A model generated the notes under the pieces. It saw only the letters and a program-made list of their open reading frames with translations. It ran no database searches and was not told where the DNA came from. Below are positions 17,004-26,137 of a stretch of 64,000 nucleotides of DNA, one piece after another (positions within the stretch are counted from its first letter, which is position 1; every line of letters begins with the position of its first letter). Source of the DNA: a bacterium ADurb.Bin243. Its GTDB lineage: Bacteria > Muiribacteriota > UBA9980. Made by a program: the position numbers and the translations under genes. Where the stretch lies: assembly GCA_002069765.1 (NCBI GenBank), contig MWBZ01000014.1:7469-71468 (forward strand), in the 5' to 3' direction.

Positions 17004-18383
17004 TTATCCTTTAATAATAGAAAATATTTTTTTTGTGACGTTTGAATTCCGTGACATTATTTCCAGCGTTATTGCGCCCGCCGAAGAAAGTTCCCGCCTT
17101 TTTTCGGGTTCAAAAAGGCTTTCCAGAGCGATTTTCAGCTCCGCCCTTCCTTCGGCCATTATAACGCCGGGCGAATCGAGCAGAGCCGAAGCGGCGTCCC
17201 TGAAATTGCGGACGTTTTTGCCGAAAATCACCGGCACGGCAAAAGCGGCCGGCTCTATTATATTATGCCCGCCTATATCGGCCGTCGAAAGCGTTCCGCC
17301 CACATAGGCCGCGTCCGAAAGGGAATAAGCGGCGCTAAGATATCCCATGCAGCCGATTACGAGCACTTCCAGCGAAGAATCTTTCCTGGCGGCGAAACCG
17401 CAGGCGGGCTCCTGAGCCGCGCCGGAACGGCCCGTAAACTTCATTACATTTTTAGGGCCGGCTTTTTTTATAGCCATAGCGGCTATCTCGTCGGCGCGTT
17501 CTACGCGGCGCGGGGCTATAATAAGAAGCGTTCCACCCGCGCAGCCGCGCGCCGCGCACGCTCCCGATACTATGTCGAGTATCGTTTCTTCCTCGTCCGG
17601 ATGGGTCGAGCCCGCGCATATAACCAGGCCGTATTCGCCGCTTCCGAAGGAAGAAACGATAGCGTCTTTCAATGCGGATATTTTCACGGGCGCGGCAGGC
17701 GAAACGGCGGTATCGAACTTCATGTTGCCGGCGGCGACGGCGGTTTTAGAGGCCGCACCAAGCTCGACAGCCCTTTCGCGGTCCGCCTGGCTCTGCATAA
17801 AAAACATGGCCGGCAACGAAAACAAAGAACGGGCGAATCGCGGAAATTTCGAGTAAAAATTAAAAGTCTTATCTGAAATCCTTCCGTTCAAAAGATATAC
17901 CGGAACGCCTCTTACCGCGGCCGCTATAATAAAATTGGGCCACAGGTCGACTTCGAGTATATAAATTTCGCGAGGCTTTATGGTTTTGAAAAAAAACGAT
18001 AAAAAAATCGGTATATCGAGGGGAAAGTAAAGCGGCATCGCGCGTCCGGCCGGTTCTATTTTTGAAGCCGTAGCGACGCTTTCCGGCGAAGTGGAAGTGA
18101 GGGCGAAATAAGCCGAGGGATCTCGTTTTAATATCTCTTCCATCACCGCTCCGGCCAGCTTTATTTCGCCTACCGAAACGCCGTGTATCATATAAAAGCG
18201 GCCGCCGGCCTTAACCGTGCCTTCTAAAAAAGCCCGCTGAGCCGGATTTAAAAGCCCGAAATAATTGAAAAACCCTTCCCTCAAACGCCTGACGAAAGGC
18301 GCGGCCACGGCCAGAAATGGCAAAAGCGTCAAAAACGAAACATGAAGTATGAAATTGTATATGTAAAGCACTAAATTGTCCAT
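17004..18383 (-). CDS. waaA: 3-deoxy-D-manno-octulosonic acid (Kdo) transferase
   Basis: N-terminal membrane anchor, HGVSVGE motif, GT30-like C-terminal GGSL/GGHN-type region (VGGTLSTADIGGHNIIEPA). Confidence 0.8.
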   Translation of the reverse strand: MDNLVLYIYNFILHVSFLTLLPFLAVAAPFVRRLREGFFNYFGLLNPAQRAFLEGTVKAGGRFYMIHGVSVGEIKLAGAVMEEILKRDPSAYFALTSTSPESVATASKIEPAGRAMPLYFPLDIPIFLSFFFKTIKPREIYILEVDLWPNFIIAAAVRGVPVYLLNGRISDKTFNFYSKFPRFARSLFSLPAMFFMQSQADRERAVELGAASKTAVAAGNMKFDTAVSPAAPVKISALKDAIVSSFGSGEYGLVICAGSTHPDEEETILDIVSGACAARGCAGGTLLIIAPRRVERADEIAAMAIKKAGPKNVMKFTGRSGAAQEPACGFAARKDSSLEVLVIGCMGYLSAAYSLSDAAYVGGTLSTADIGGHNIIEPAAFAVPVIFGKNVRNFRDAASALLDSPGVIMAEGRAELKIALESLFEPEKRRELSSAGAITLEIMSRNSNVTKKIFSIIKG

Positions 18384-18455
18384 AACCGCCAGCCTCGAAT
18401 CATCATCGGCAGCCTCCAGATAACGGTCCGGCGCAAACCCTCTATAGCAGGGACT

Positions 18456-19442
18456 TTATTTTTTTTCGCCGTCTTCAGGCCAGCCGGAATTCGCCTCAAA
18501 TTCTTTAAGAAAAGCCGTCACGTGACGCCTTTCCTTCCAGCGGTCGTACATCCATAGCCACTGATCGGGATATTGGCCTATTATTTTTTCGTAGATCTCC
18601 AGAAACCGCTCCGTATAATTTTTAATGTCCGCTTCCTTGCCGGAAGTTTTTTTAAAAACGATCGGTTTCTGCATCACCATTGTATATGTGCCGTCGGAGT
18701 TTCTGATTAAAAAGTTCGGGAGTATGGTGGCGCCGGTATTGCGCGCCAGGGCCGCCGGCCCCCGCGGCGCCGAAACTATGCGGCCGAAAAACTTAGTATA
18801 AACGCCGTTTTCGCCTCCGTCCTGATCGGCTATAACTCCCAGCATGGCGTTTTCACGAAGACACTGCACGGATTTTTTCAGCTCGGCGCGCGGAATAAGC
18901 TTTATGCCGCGCGATTCGCGCAAATCGTTCAAAAGCTTGCCGATAGCGTCGATACGGGCGTCGAGAAAAAACGAATACACCCTGTGTCCGAGAAGCCCCC
19001 ATACCGCGCCCAGCAGCTCCCAGTTTCCGATATGGGCCACCAGAAGAATTACGCCTTTCCCGCGCGCAAGGGCTGACGTGAGATTTTCCAGGCCTTCGAA
19101 TTTTATTTTGCGGTTTATATCGCGTCTTTTCAGCGAAGGATAGCGCATGAGCTCCACCAGGTTTTTGCTCTGATTAATGAACGCCGCGCGGGCTATACCG
19201 CGGGCCTTTTCGTCGCTGATCCCCGCGAACGCGGTTTTGATGGAATTTATCGTTGCGGTTCGCGTTTTAGAGCCTAAAAAATAAAACGCCAGCCCCATAA
19301 GCTCGGCCATTTTAAAAGCGTTTTTTTCACTCAGCAGATTTAAAAATTTTATCAAACCGTTAAGCAGCGCTACCGCGATTTTTTTTACGGCCTCGACGCT
19401 TAATATTCTATATGCAAGCGTTGGATTGCTCATTAAAATCAA
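18456..19442 (-). CDS. Lipid A biosynthesis late acyltransferase (LpxL/LpxM/LpxP family)
   Basis: LVAHIGNWELLG (Hx4E acyltransferase motif), ADQDGG, PRGPAALA. Adjacent to waaA. Confidence 0.75.
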   Translation of the reverse strand: MILMSNPTLAYRILSVEAVKKIAVALLNGLIKFLNLLSEKNAFKMAELMGLAFYFLGSKTRTATINSIKTAFAGISDEKARGIARAAFINQSKNLVELMRYPSLKRRDINRKIKFEGLENLTSALARGKGVILLVAHIGNWELLGAVWGLLGHRVYSFFLDARIDAIGKLLNDLRESRGIKLIPRAELKKSVQCLRENAMLGVIADQDGGENGVYTKFFGRIVSAPRGPAALARNTGATILPNFLIRNSDGTYTMVMQKPIVFKKTSGKEADIKNYTERFLEIYEKIIGQYPDQWLWMYDRWKERRHVTAFLKEFEANSGWPEDGEKK

Positions 19443-19478
19443 CTTTCTAAGATATATTTCCCGAACCGGCCGGAAAAA

Positions 19479-20483
19479 TTATTTAGCCTGGTTTTCCATG
19501 GATTTAAGGTCTATAAGAGTGTTCGTTCCGCTTGGAACGACCATGACTTTTATGTTTTCGACGAGCTTATTGACCTTTAAATATTCAAGATAACTGTTGT
19601 TCTGGGCCAGGGCTTCGTTGATTATTTTGATAGATTTCGCCTGCCCTTCCGCTTCTATGACTTTTCTTTCCGCTTCGCGCTGCTCTTTTTCGAGTATGAA
19701 TTTCATGCGCTCGGCGGCCTGCTGCGCCACCTGTTTTTCTTCGATGGATCTGGTGAATTCCGCGGGAAAGCGGACGTCGCGCAAAAGCAGCTCTTCGATT
19801 ACAATATTGTCTTTAGCGAGCGAATTCCTTAATTTTTCAAAAATGTCCTTTTGAATTAAAGTTCGCTTTTCCGAATACACGTCCACAATGGAGTAGCCGG
19901 CTATGACGGAACGCAGGATCGAGCGTATAGCCGGTTTTACAGTGGTTTCTGCATAGCGCTGGCCGAGGGTTTGATGAAGTATATGCAGCTTTACCGAGTC
20001 TATCTTGAACCAGCAGGTGACGTCGAGACCGACCTGAAGGCCTTCTCTTGTGGGCGACCACATCGAAGAGTCGTCAAAAGACTTGGAGCCTTCGCCCTTA
20101 ATGCCGGACATGGTATATTCCTGCCTTTTGGCGTCGTAAAGGAAAACCTTATTGATAACCGGAACCACGATATGAATGCCTTCGCCGAGTATGTTGGACG
20201 AAACGCCGGTAAATATATTGAAAACGACGCCGCGTTCGCCGGGGTTGATTATTACGACGCCCGTAGCTATAATAACGACCGTTAAAAACAGCAAAACGCT
20301 GGCGCCGATAATCGTGAAAGCTTTACCGGTTTGAACGTCGAAAGACGGCACGATTGTTTCTACTCCCATCGAATTGGTGACTATTTTCGATTTTTTTTCA
20401 GAGGCGTAATTCTGGATTAAAAAGCTGTCCACTATTACGAGCAATACTATTAAGATAAGATAAAAAAGTTCCATGTATATCAT
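19479..20483 (-). CDS. SPFH/Band-7 (prohibitin/HflC-like) membrane protein
   Basis: N-terminal TM segments, PGERGVVFN..G start of the SPFH domain, C-terminal coiled-coil AEGQAKSIKIINEAL. Confidence 0.8.
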   Translation of the reverse strand: MIYMELFYLILIVLLVIVDSFLIQNYASEKKSKIVTNSMGVETIVPSFDVQTGKAFTIIGASVLLFLTVVIIATGVVIINPGERGVVFNIFTGVSSNILGEGIHIVVPVINKVFLYDAKRQEYTMSGIKGEGSKSFDDSSMWSPTREGLQVGLDVTCWFKIDSVKLHILHQTLGQRYAETTVKPAIRSILRSVIAGYSIVDVYSEKRTLIQKDIFEKLRNSLAKDNIVIEELLLRDVRFPAEFTRSIEEKQVAQQAAERMKFILEKEQREAERKVIEAEGQAKSIKIINEALAQNNSYLEYLKVNKLVENIKVMVVPSGTNTLIDLKSMENQAK

Positions 20484-20596
20484 CTCCTGTATTGTAATAA
20501 AAATATGAAAATTTAGCGCATTATATCATTTTTAAATAAAATTTTCAAGCGAATCAGGCTTAAAGATATTATAATTTTATTTTCATTAAAATAAAA

Positions 20597-20625
20597 TTGA
20601 CTATTGTAAAAAAATGCTGTAAAAT
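20597..20625 (+). promoter_or_regulatory. Sigma-70 promoter TTGACT-17-TAAAAT, placed so that the ATG at 20634 is (near-)leaderless
   Basis: TTGACT 20597-20602, 17-nt spacer, TAAAAT 20620-20625. Only 8 nt (cacatctc) with no SD lie before the ATG at 20634. Confidence 0.6.
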
Positions 20626-20633
20626 CACATCTC

Positions 20634-21782
20634 ATGTTACACGCTCTGGACCCGATAGAAAAAACTATCTGCAAAAAAATTATTTTGACCGCCTTTTTGC
20701 TATTCCTTTTCCTGATATTGCCGCTTTTCGTTTTCAGTGAAACGCTTTTAAAGCTGGGGGCTCTGGCGCGCCTGTCGATAGCTGCTTCCGCTTTTGCGTT
20801 TTTTTTGCTGATATTGTCCGTGCGGATAAAAAAAATAGTATCCCGACACATAAGTAAGCCGCTTGACGATCTTTCAAAGTTCACCGACGAAGTCGCATCG
20901 GGCAATTACTATGCTCACGCTTCGGTTTTTTCAGATACCGAAGTCGGAAGCCTCGCAAAAAACCTTAATTTCATGGTTGAAATGACCTCTAAACATACTT
21001 CGGGGCTTGAAGAAATCATAAACTCAAAGACGGCCGAAGCCGAAAAATTTAAAAGCAAAGCCGACAGCCTTGCGCTCCAGCTCGTAGAAGCCCAAAGGCA
21101 TAATCGTGATATAGACTCGGTCTTTTCGATCGATATAAAAGCGCCTGTTTGCGCCATGATAAACTATTTAGAAGTATTGTGCTTTTCCGATGAAAAGTTT
21201 AAAGAAAAGTGCCACGGCCATCTCAGCCGGCTTTCAGCCGCCGTCAAAAACTCCTATATCGATTTTTTCATCGCCGCGGGAATAGCCGACGCGGAAAAGC
21301 TGAGCGTCAGCTGCGTTAAAACGTCGTTCGAAGCCCTTATAGATTCGGCGCTCGAGCGTTATTCGCTTTCGGCCCAAATTAAAAATTTAACCATAAAAAA
21401 AGATATCGGCGAAGGCATGACGTTCGCAAGCGTAGATAAATTTAAGATATCCTCGGTAGTCGATAATCTAATATCAAACGCTATAAAATTCAGCCCGGCC
21501 GGAAAGCAGATAACCATAAGAACCCATTTCGAAGGCGAAAGCCTTTATTTTTCTATAGCGGATAAAGGAAACGGCATTTCAGAAGAAATCCAGGAAAAGA
21601 TTTTTTTAAGCGATTTTTGCGTAACGACCCCCGGCACTTTCGGCGAATCCGGTTTCGGGACGGGCCTGAAACTATGTAAAGCGTTTATAGAAGCGCACGG
21701 GGGCGCTTTCTGGTTTGAATCCTCGCCCGACGCCGGCTCCGTTTTCTATTTTAAAATACCCATGGGAAAAATTAATATTTAA
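20634..21782 (+). CDS. Membrane histidine-kinase-like protein (2 TM, HAMP, DHp-like, HATPase_c) lacking the canonical phospho-acceptor His
   Basis: HAMP region PLDDLSKFTDEVASGNY...LAKNLNFM. ATPase boxes DNLISNAIKFSP, ADKGNGI, GFGTGLKLCKAFIEAHGG. The H-box position reads FSIDIKAPVCAMINYLEVL where SHELRTPL is expected. Confidence 0.75.
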   Translation: MLHALDPIEKTICKKIILTAFLLFLFLILPLFVFSETLLKLGALARLSIAASAFAFFLLILSVRIKKIVSRHISKPLDDLSKFTDEVASGNYYAHASVFSDTEVGSLAKNLNFMVEMTSKHTSGLEEIINSKTAEAEKFKSKADSLALQLVEAQRHNRDIDSVFSIDIKAPVCAMINYLEVLCFSDEKFKEKCHGHLSRLSAAVKNSYIDFFIAAGIADAEKLSVSCVKTSFEALIDSALERYSLSAQIKNLTIKKDIGEGMTFASVDKFKISSVVDNLISNAIKFSPAGKQITIRTHFEGESLYFSIADKGNGISEEIQEKIFLSDFCVTTPGTFGESGFGTGLKLCKAFIEAHGGAFWFESSPDAGSVFYFKIPMGKINI

Positions 21783-21812
21783 AAATTTTACCTAACCAAA
21801 AGGATAATAAAA

Positions 21813-22394
21813 ATGAGTTTTTTTACGATACTTTTTATCGCCATAGGGCTCGCCATGGATGCTTTCGCGGTATCCATAGCCACGAGCCTCAACCTCGTAA
21901 ATGTATCGAAGCGCCAGATATTCAGGCTTTCTTTTCACACCGGCCTGTTTCAGTTTCTAATGCCGGTAATCGGCTGGTATCTAGGTTTTTCGTTTTCAAA
22001 ATATATTTCCGACTATGACCACTGGGTGGCTTTCGTACTGCTCGCGCTCATCGGAGGAAAAATGGTGCACGAATCATTCGAAGGCCGGGAAGAATCGGAA
22101 ACCGAAGGCGGGAACGCCTTAAAAAAAGATCCCACGCGCGGCCTTTCGCTATTATTCATAGCGGTGGCCACGAGCATAGACGCGCTGGCGGTCGGAGTCA
22201 GCCTGGCGATGCTGAACGTTAACATCTGGTATCCTTCCGCCGTCATAGGAGTTGTCACCATGAGCCTGAGCATAATAGGCATGAAAATAGGCGAAAAACT
22301 CGGCGCGCGATTCGGAAACCGCATGGAACTCGCCGGCGGCCTTATTTTGATCGCGATCGGCATAAAAATAGTCATAGAACATATTTATCAATAA
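21813..22394 (+). CDS. mntP: Manganese efflux pump MntP
   Basis: GLAMDAFAVSIA in the N-terminal half and ATSIDALAVGVS in the C-terminal half (duplicated DUF204 motif), with 6 predicted TM segments. Confidence 0.85.
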   Translation: MSFFTILFIAIGLAMDAFAVSIATSLNLVNVSKRQIFRLSFHTGLFQFLMPVIGWYLGFSFSKYISDYDHWVAFVLLALIGGKMVHESFEGREESETEGGNALKKDPTRGLSLLFIAVATSIDALAVGVSLAMLNVNIWYPSAVIGVVTMSLSIIGMKIGEKLGARFGNRMELAGGLILIAIGIKIVIEHIYQ

Positions 22395-22405
22395 AAATTA
22401 CGATT

Positions 22406-24865
22406 TTATCGTTTCAGCCGCCCGGCAAAATTTTCGCTTACCCCATCCGCAGACTTTTTCAGGGCTTCGTCAAAGCCTGAGATCATATCAATCGCCCGGA
22501 AATCCCGGTTTTCTACTACGTTCGTCAAGCTTATATATTTTTTACCGCTCATAAGGTATGCGGCGTCGAGCTCGGAGCAATAACGCCTGTATGAAAACTC
22601 GAGGTACGGGTAATCGTCGGTAATTTCGGGGAGCGCTTCGGAGCCTTTTAAAATAGAGGCTCCGTCGTTTTTTATAAGTGATATTAAATAAAAAGGATTC
22701 GCTATATGGTTTCTAATCGCCGGTGGCGCGAATTCGGCTATATCTTCGGCCACGCCGGGTTTTCTAAAAAATTCTGAAAATTTATTCATATCTATTTTCA
22801 ACTTTGAGCCCTTATACCCCGTCATGAGGATTCCCACATTTTCAGGCACGCTCCAGGCTGCGCTTTCGGGAAACACCTTCACGAAACTTTTTAACGCCAT
22901 CATATAAGTTTTAGAATCGGTCTGAAACGGAAACCACTGGCAGATAACGCCGCCGTCGCAAAGCAGGTCCCTGGCGCGCTCGTAAAACTCGACCGTATGA
23001 AAATTTATGGCGCCGCTGGCGTAAAGCGGCGGAGGCGGATCTATAGTGACGACGTCGTATTTTTTACGGCAGAACTGCACGTAATTACGGCCGTCGTCTT
23101 CGATTACCTTGAAACCGGGTTTCAACGGCTCGCCTTTCATGTAAACTGTTTTAAAAGCCTCTATGACTCCGGGCGAAAGCTCCACGGCGTCGCACGCCAG
23201 GCCTTCATGCAGCGCGGCGGATTTTAAAGTCATCCCTTCTCCGAGGCAAATTACAAGCATGCGCGATTTGTTGTCCGCGAGCGCGAGGGGAAGATGGGCC
23301 ATCAGCTTTAATACTGAAACTTTTATGGTCATGGGCCTCGCGTCTACGAACAGCGTATGATTTTTATCCACCCCAACGCTCGCCGCCGCGTCTTCCCTGT
23401 AAAAAATAAATTCGCTATCGGGGTAAATTTCATGAAGACGGCTTTCGGCTATTAATAACGGCGTATCGGAAAGAAAAAACGCTCCGGCCAGAATAAGCAG
23501 GCTTAGCGCGGCGATAGATTTTCCGGCGCCGCGTCCCTCCGGTTCAGCAGATGCGGCGATTACGATGTTGAGCGCGGCCGAAGCCGCAAGAAAAACCGCC
23601 ATGGAGCCGTTTATGCCGGCGGCAGGAATAAGAATAAAACCCGTGATAGCGGTGCCCGCGATTGCGCCGAAAGTATTGAGCGAATAAAGGCGGGCCGTGA
23701 TAACGCTCGCTTCCGCCGGATTAACGTCCCGCGCGCTCGAAGCGCTTTTAATAACCAGCTCTATCGCAGCCGGAAGAGTCATGCCCATAAAAAAAGCGGC
23801 GGGAAAAACCGCGAACGCGGTGGATTTTACGAGCGCCGAAATATATCCGGAATATAGAGCGCCGAGGGAACCGGTTTCAGAATACGACAGGTAAACGGCG
23901 TGCAAAAAAACATATCCAAAATACGCGCAGGCGATCGAGGCGGTATTCATGGCGGCGAAATAAAGAGGTTTCCTGCCTTCCTGGACTTTCTGCGAGATAT
24001 TCGAGTAAACGAGAGAGCCCGCGCCGACCGCCGCGAGATAGCATGCCAGAACAGCAGAAAAAGCGTGCGGCGCGTTTTTTAAAAACATGGAAAAAACGCG
24101 CGTCCAGACGATTTCATAGCCTAGCGCGACGAACCCGGATACCGCGATAAAAACTATAAGGCTTTTTCCGAAAACCGATGAAACGCGAGCCGCCGTTTTT
24201 TCATTTTCCGCCGCCGGCGCAGGCGTATGAGCGCTTCCGGCCGATACGGCATAAACCATAACGGCTGCCGATATGTTAATAAACGCCGCAAGCTTCACCG
24301 AACCGGCGACTCCCATATAACCTATCAAAAAGAAACCTCCCGCTATCGCGCCGGCGAACGCCCCGAGCGTGTTGAGCCCGTATAAAATTCCGAGCGCCCT
24401 CCCGTGAGCGTAATCATTTGAAAATAGATAATATGAAAGCACCGGAAGCGTAAGCCCCATTAAGAAAGTAGGAAGCGCGAAAGCGAAAAAGCAAAGAGCG
24501 AACCTTACCGCCATCCAGGAAACGGAAGACGGATCGGGCGCGGCATAATTAAAGATAAAATAACGTGAAGCGGCGTTAACGCAATCGATTAAAACGGGCG
24601 TGAAAAAACCGTATATCCCGACCGCTGCCTCTACCGCGGCATAAAAAACAAGAGGCCTTTTCAAATTTCCGGCGATGCGGGCCGCGGCGAGATTGCCGGC
24701 GAAAAGTCCGGCCATAAAAGCGATCACTACGGTAGAAGCGGCGAAAAGCGTCACGCCGAAAACAAGGTGCAGCATCCTGCTCCATGCGATCTGATAAACC
24801 AGACCGGAAAAGCCCGTCATGAAAAAAGCCGCGTATATTGTGGAATAAATTATTTTTTTTTGCAT
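22406..24865 (-). CDS. Fused polytopic membrane domain / spermidine-synthase-like (class I SAM-fold) protein
   Basis: About 480 aa of TM helices, then VICLGEGMT...VELSPGVIEA...DDGRNYV...YDVVTIDPPPP (aminopropyltransferase-like motifs), plus a roughly 200-aa C-terminal extension. Confidence 0.8.
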   Translation of the reverse strand: MQKKIIYSTIYAAFFMTGFSGLVYQIAWSRMLHLVFGVTLFAASTVVIAFMAGLFAGNLAAARIAGNLKRPLVFYAAVEAAVGIYGFFTPVLIDCVNAASRYFIFNYAAPDPSSVSWMAVRFALCFFAFALPTFLMGLTLPVLSYYLFSNDYAHGRALGILYGLNTLGAFAGAIAGGFFLIGYMGVAGSVKLAAFINISAAVMVYAVSAGSAHTPAPAAENEKTAARVSSVFGKSLIVFIAVSGFVALGYEIVWTRVFSMFLKNAPHAFSAVLACYLAAVGAGSLVYSNISQKVQEGRKPLYFAAMNTASIACAYFGYVFLHAVYLSYSETGSLGALYSGYISALVKSTAFAVFPAAFFMGMTLPAAIELVIKSASSARDVNPAEASVITARLYSLNTFGAIAGTAITGFILIPAAGINGSMAVFLAASAALNIVIAASAEPEGRGAGKSIAALSLLILAGAFFLSDTPLLIAESRLHEIYPDSEFIFYREDAAASVGVDKNHTLFVDARPMTIKVSVLKLMAHLPLALADNKSRMLVICLGEGMTLKSAALHEGLACDAVELSPGVIEAFKTVYMKGEPLKPGFKVIEDDGRNYVQFCRKKYDVVTIDPPPPLYASGAINFHTVEFYERARDLLCDGGVICQWFPFQTDSKTYMMALKSFVKVFPESAAWSVPENVGILMTGYKGSKLKIDMNKFSEFFRKPGVAEDIAEFAPPAIRNHIANPFYLISLIKNDGASILKGSEALPEITDDYPYLEFSYRRYCSELDAAYLMSGKKYISLTNVVENRDFRAIDMISGFDEALKKSADGVSENFAGRLKR

Positions 24866-24880
24866 TTTTATTTTTTTCTC

Positions 24881-24909
24881 TTGTTATTTGTAATTTTATC
24901 ATGTATTAT
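24881..24909 (+). promoter_or_regulatory. Candidate sigma-70 promoter TTGTTA-17-TATTAT
   Basis: Coordinates 24881-24886 and 24904-24909, in the divergent intergenic region upstream of 25007. Confidence 0.4.
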
Positions 24910-25006
24910 CTTGAAATGTCAATTCAATAAAAAAAATGCGAAGCATTTTACAGCCGGCATGCCCGCTAAGGCGTGCTTTATTTACTAAAAACGTAAAAGA
25001 GTTTTA

Positions 25007-26017
25007 ATGAGAAGCTTTTTCAACGAAAATATTTTAATACTGCTTTTACTCAGCGGTTTTCTGGCATACGTCGGCGACTACCTCGGCCGCCGCCTCGGAA
25101 AACTGCGCGTGACGATTCCCGGTTTAAGGCCCAAAACCACCGCCATCGTCATTTCCATAATAACCGGAATGCTCATAACGGTAGTCACATTGTTAATACT
25201 GACGACGATTTCAGAAGAAGCCAAGGTCGCGCTTTTCAACTCCCGCGAAATCAAGGCTGAACGCGACGCCATCAAAGTGGAATACGAACGTGCGCTCAAC
25301 GTATTGAAAGACCTGAACGAATCCAAAGAAAAGCTGCGGGCCGAAACGTCGAGCCTCGCAAAATCGCTTGAAATTAAAAAGCGCGAACGCGTAGTGTTCC
25401 AGCCCGACGAACTTCTCGATTTCGTAGTCATATCCCCCAACGCTAAAAGCACGGAAACCGACTATGAAAAACAGTATCTGGCCATGATAGAGCGCGTCCG
25501 CAATCTTTCCGCCGGCTTCGGCGTCCAGACGCGTTCCACCGACGAAATATGGGCCCAGCTTCGCACGCCGCTCATGGACGCGGCATCCAAACTCAGACAA
25601 AACCAGGAGCTCGTGGTATATTTGAAAACCACTCAGCGCGTCATGGAAGGCGAATTTCTCGAAGACGTCAAAGTCCAGGCGGAGCGAAACCGCATCATAT
25701 ACGGCAAGGGCGATATAATATCGTTCGACGGCCCGTCCGGCGAAGCCTCTGAAACAGGGCACGTATTGATAGACGGAGCGAAAACCCGGGAGCATATCAA
25801 AGTAGAGCTCATGGCCTTTTTCGACAGGGTCCGTGAAAAAGTCAAAGAAGACGGCATGGTCATCGAGCCGTTTACCAATTTCGACTCGATAACGCTTCAC
25901 GACATGGTTAACGAAATAAAAAAATTCAACTGCAAAATAAAACTTTCAGTCGAAATAACCGATAACGTTTCCATCATCGGCCCCTTCGCTTTTAGAATTA
26001 AGTTTTTCAAGATTTGA
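25007..26017 (+). CDS. Membrane-anchored coiled-coil protein, DUF3084-like
   Basis: N-terminal GDYLGRRLGKLRVTIPGLRPKTTAIVISIITG motif and TM, followed by a coiled coil. The family assignment is from memory of the DUF3084 signature. Confidence 0.6.
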   Translation: MRSFFNENILILLLLSGFLAYVGDYLGRRLGKLRVTIPGLRPKTTAIVISIITGMLITVVTLLILTTISEEAKVALFNSREIKAERDAIKVEYERALNVLKDLNESKEKLRAETSSLAKSLEIKKRERVVFQPDELLDFVVISPNAKSTETDYEKQYLAMIERVRNLSAGFGVQTRSTDEIWAQLRTPLMDAASKLRQNQELVVYLKTTQRVMEGEFLEDVKVQAERNRIIYGKGDIISFDGPSGEASETGHVLIDGAKTREHIKVELMAFFDRVREKVKEDGMVIEPFTNFDSITLHDMVNEIKKFNCKIKLSVEITDNVSIIGPFAFRIKFFKI

Positions 26018-26042
26018 CAAATAATATAAATTAGTTTATAAT
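26014..26042 (+). promoter_or_regulatory. Perfect-consensus sigma-70 promoter TTGACA-17-TATAAT
   Basis: TTGACA 26014-26019 (overlaps the stop of the upstream gene), 17-nt spacer, TATAAT 26037-26042. About 90-nt leader to the ATG at 26138. Confidence 0.7.
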
Positions 26043-26137
26043 TTCTTGCATTTATTTTATACCCCGCAGTCCGGCTGATTCTTTTATTAAGCAAACGCCG
26101 CACCGGGGCAGGTATTTTAACTAGAAAGCAAAAATAT

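Noticed and set aside
20513-20905. A 130-aa minus-strand ORF spanning the divergent promoter region.
   Set aside because: It overlaps the promoter and the 5' part of the kinase-like gene, is AT-rich and low-complexity, and has no RBS or recognisable motif.
21783-21812. A yybP-ykoY (Mn) riboswitch upstream of mntP, and a preQ1 riboswitch upstream of queD (56029-56057).
   Set aside because: The intergenic spaces are only about 30 nt, too short for either riboswitch, and no matching conserved core was seen.
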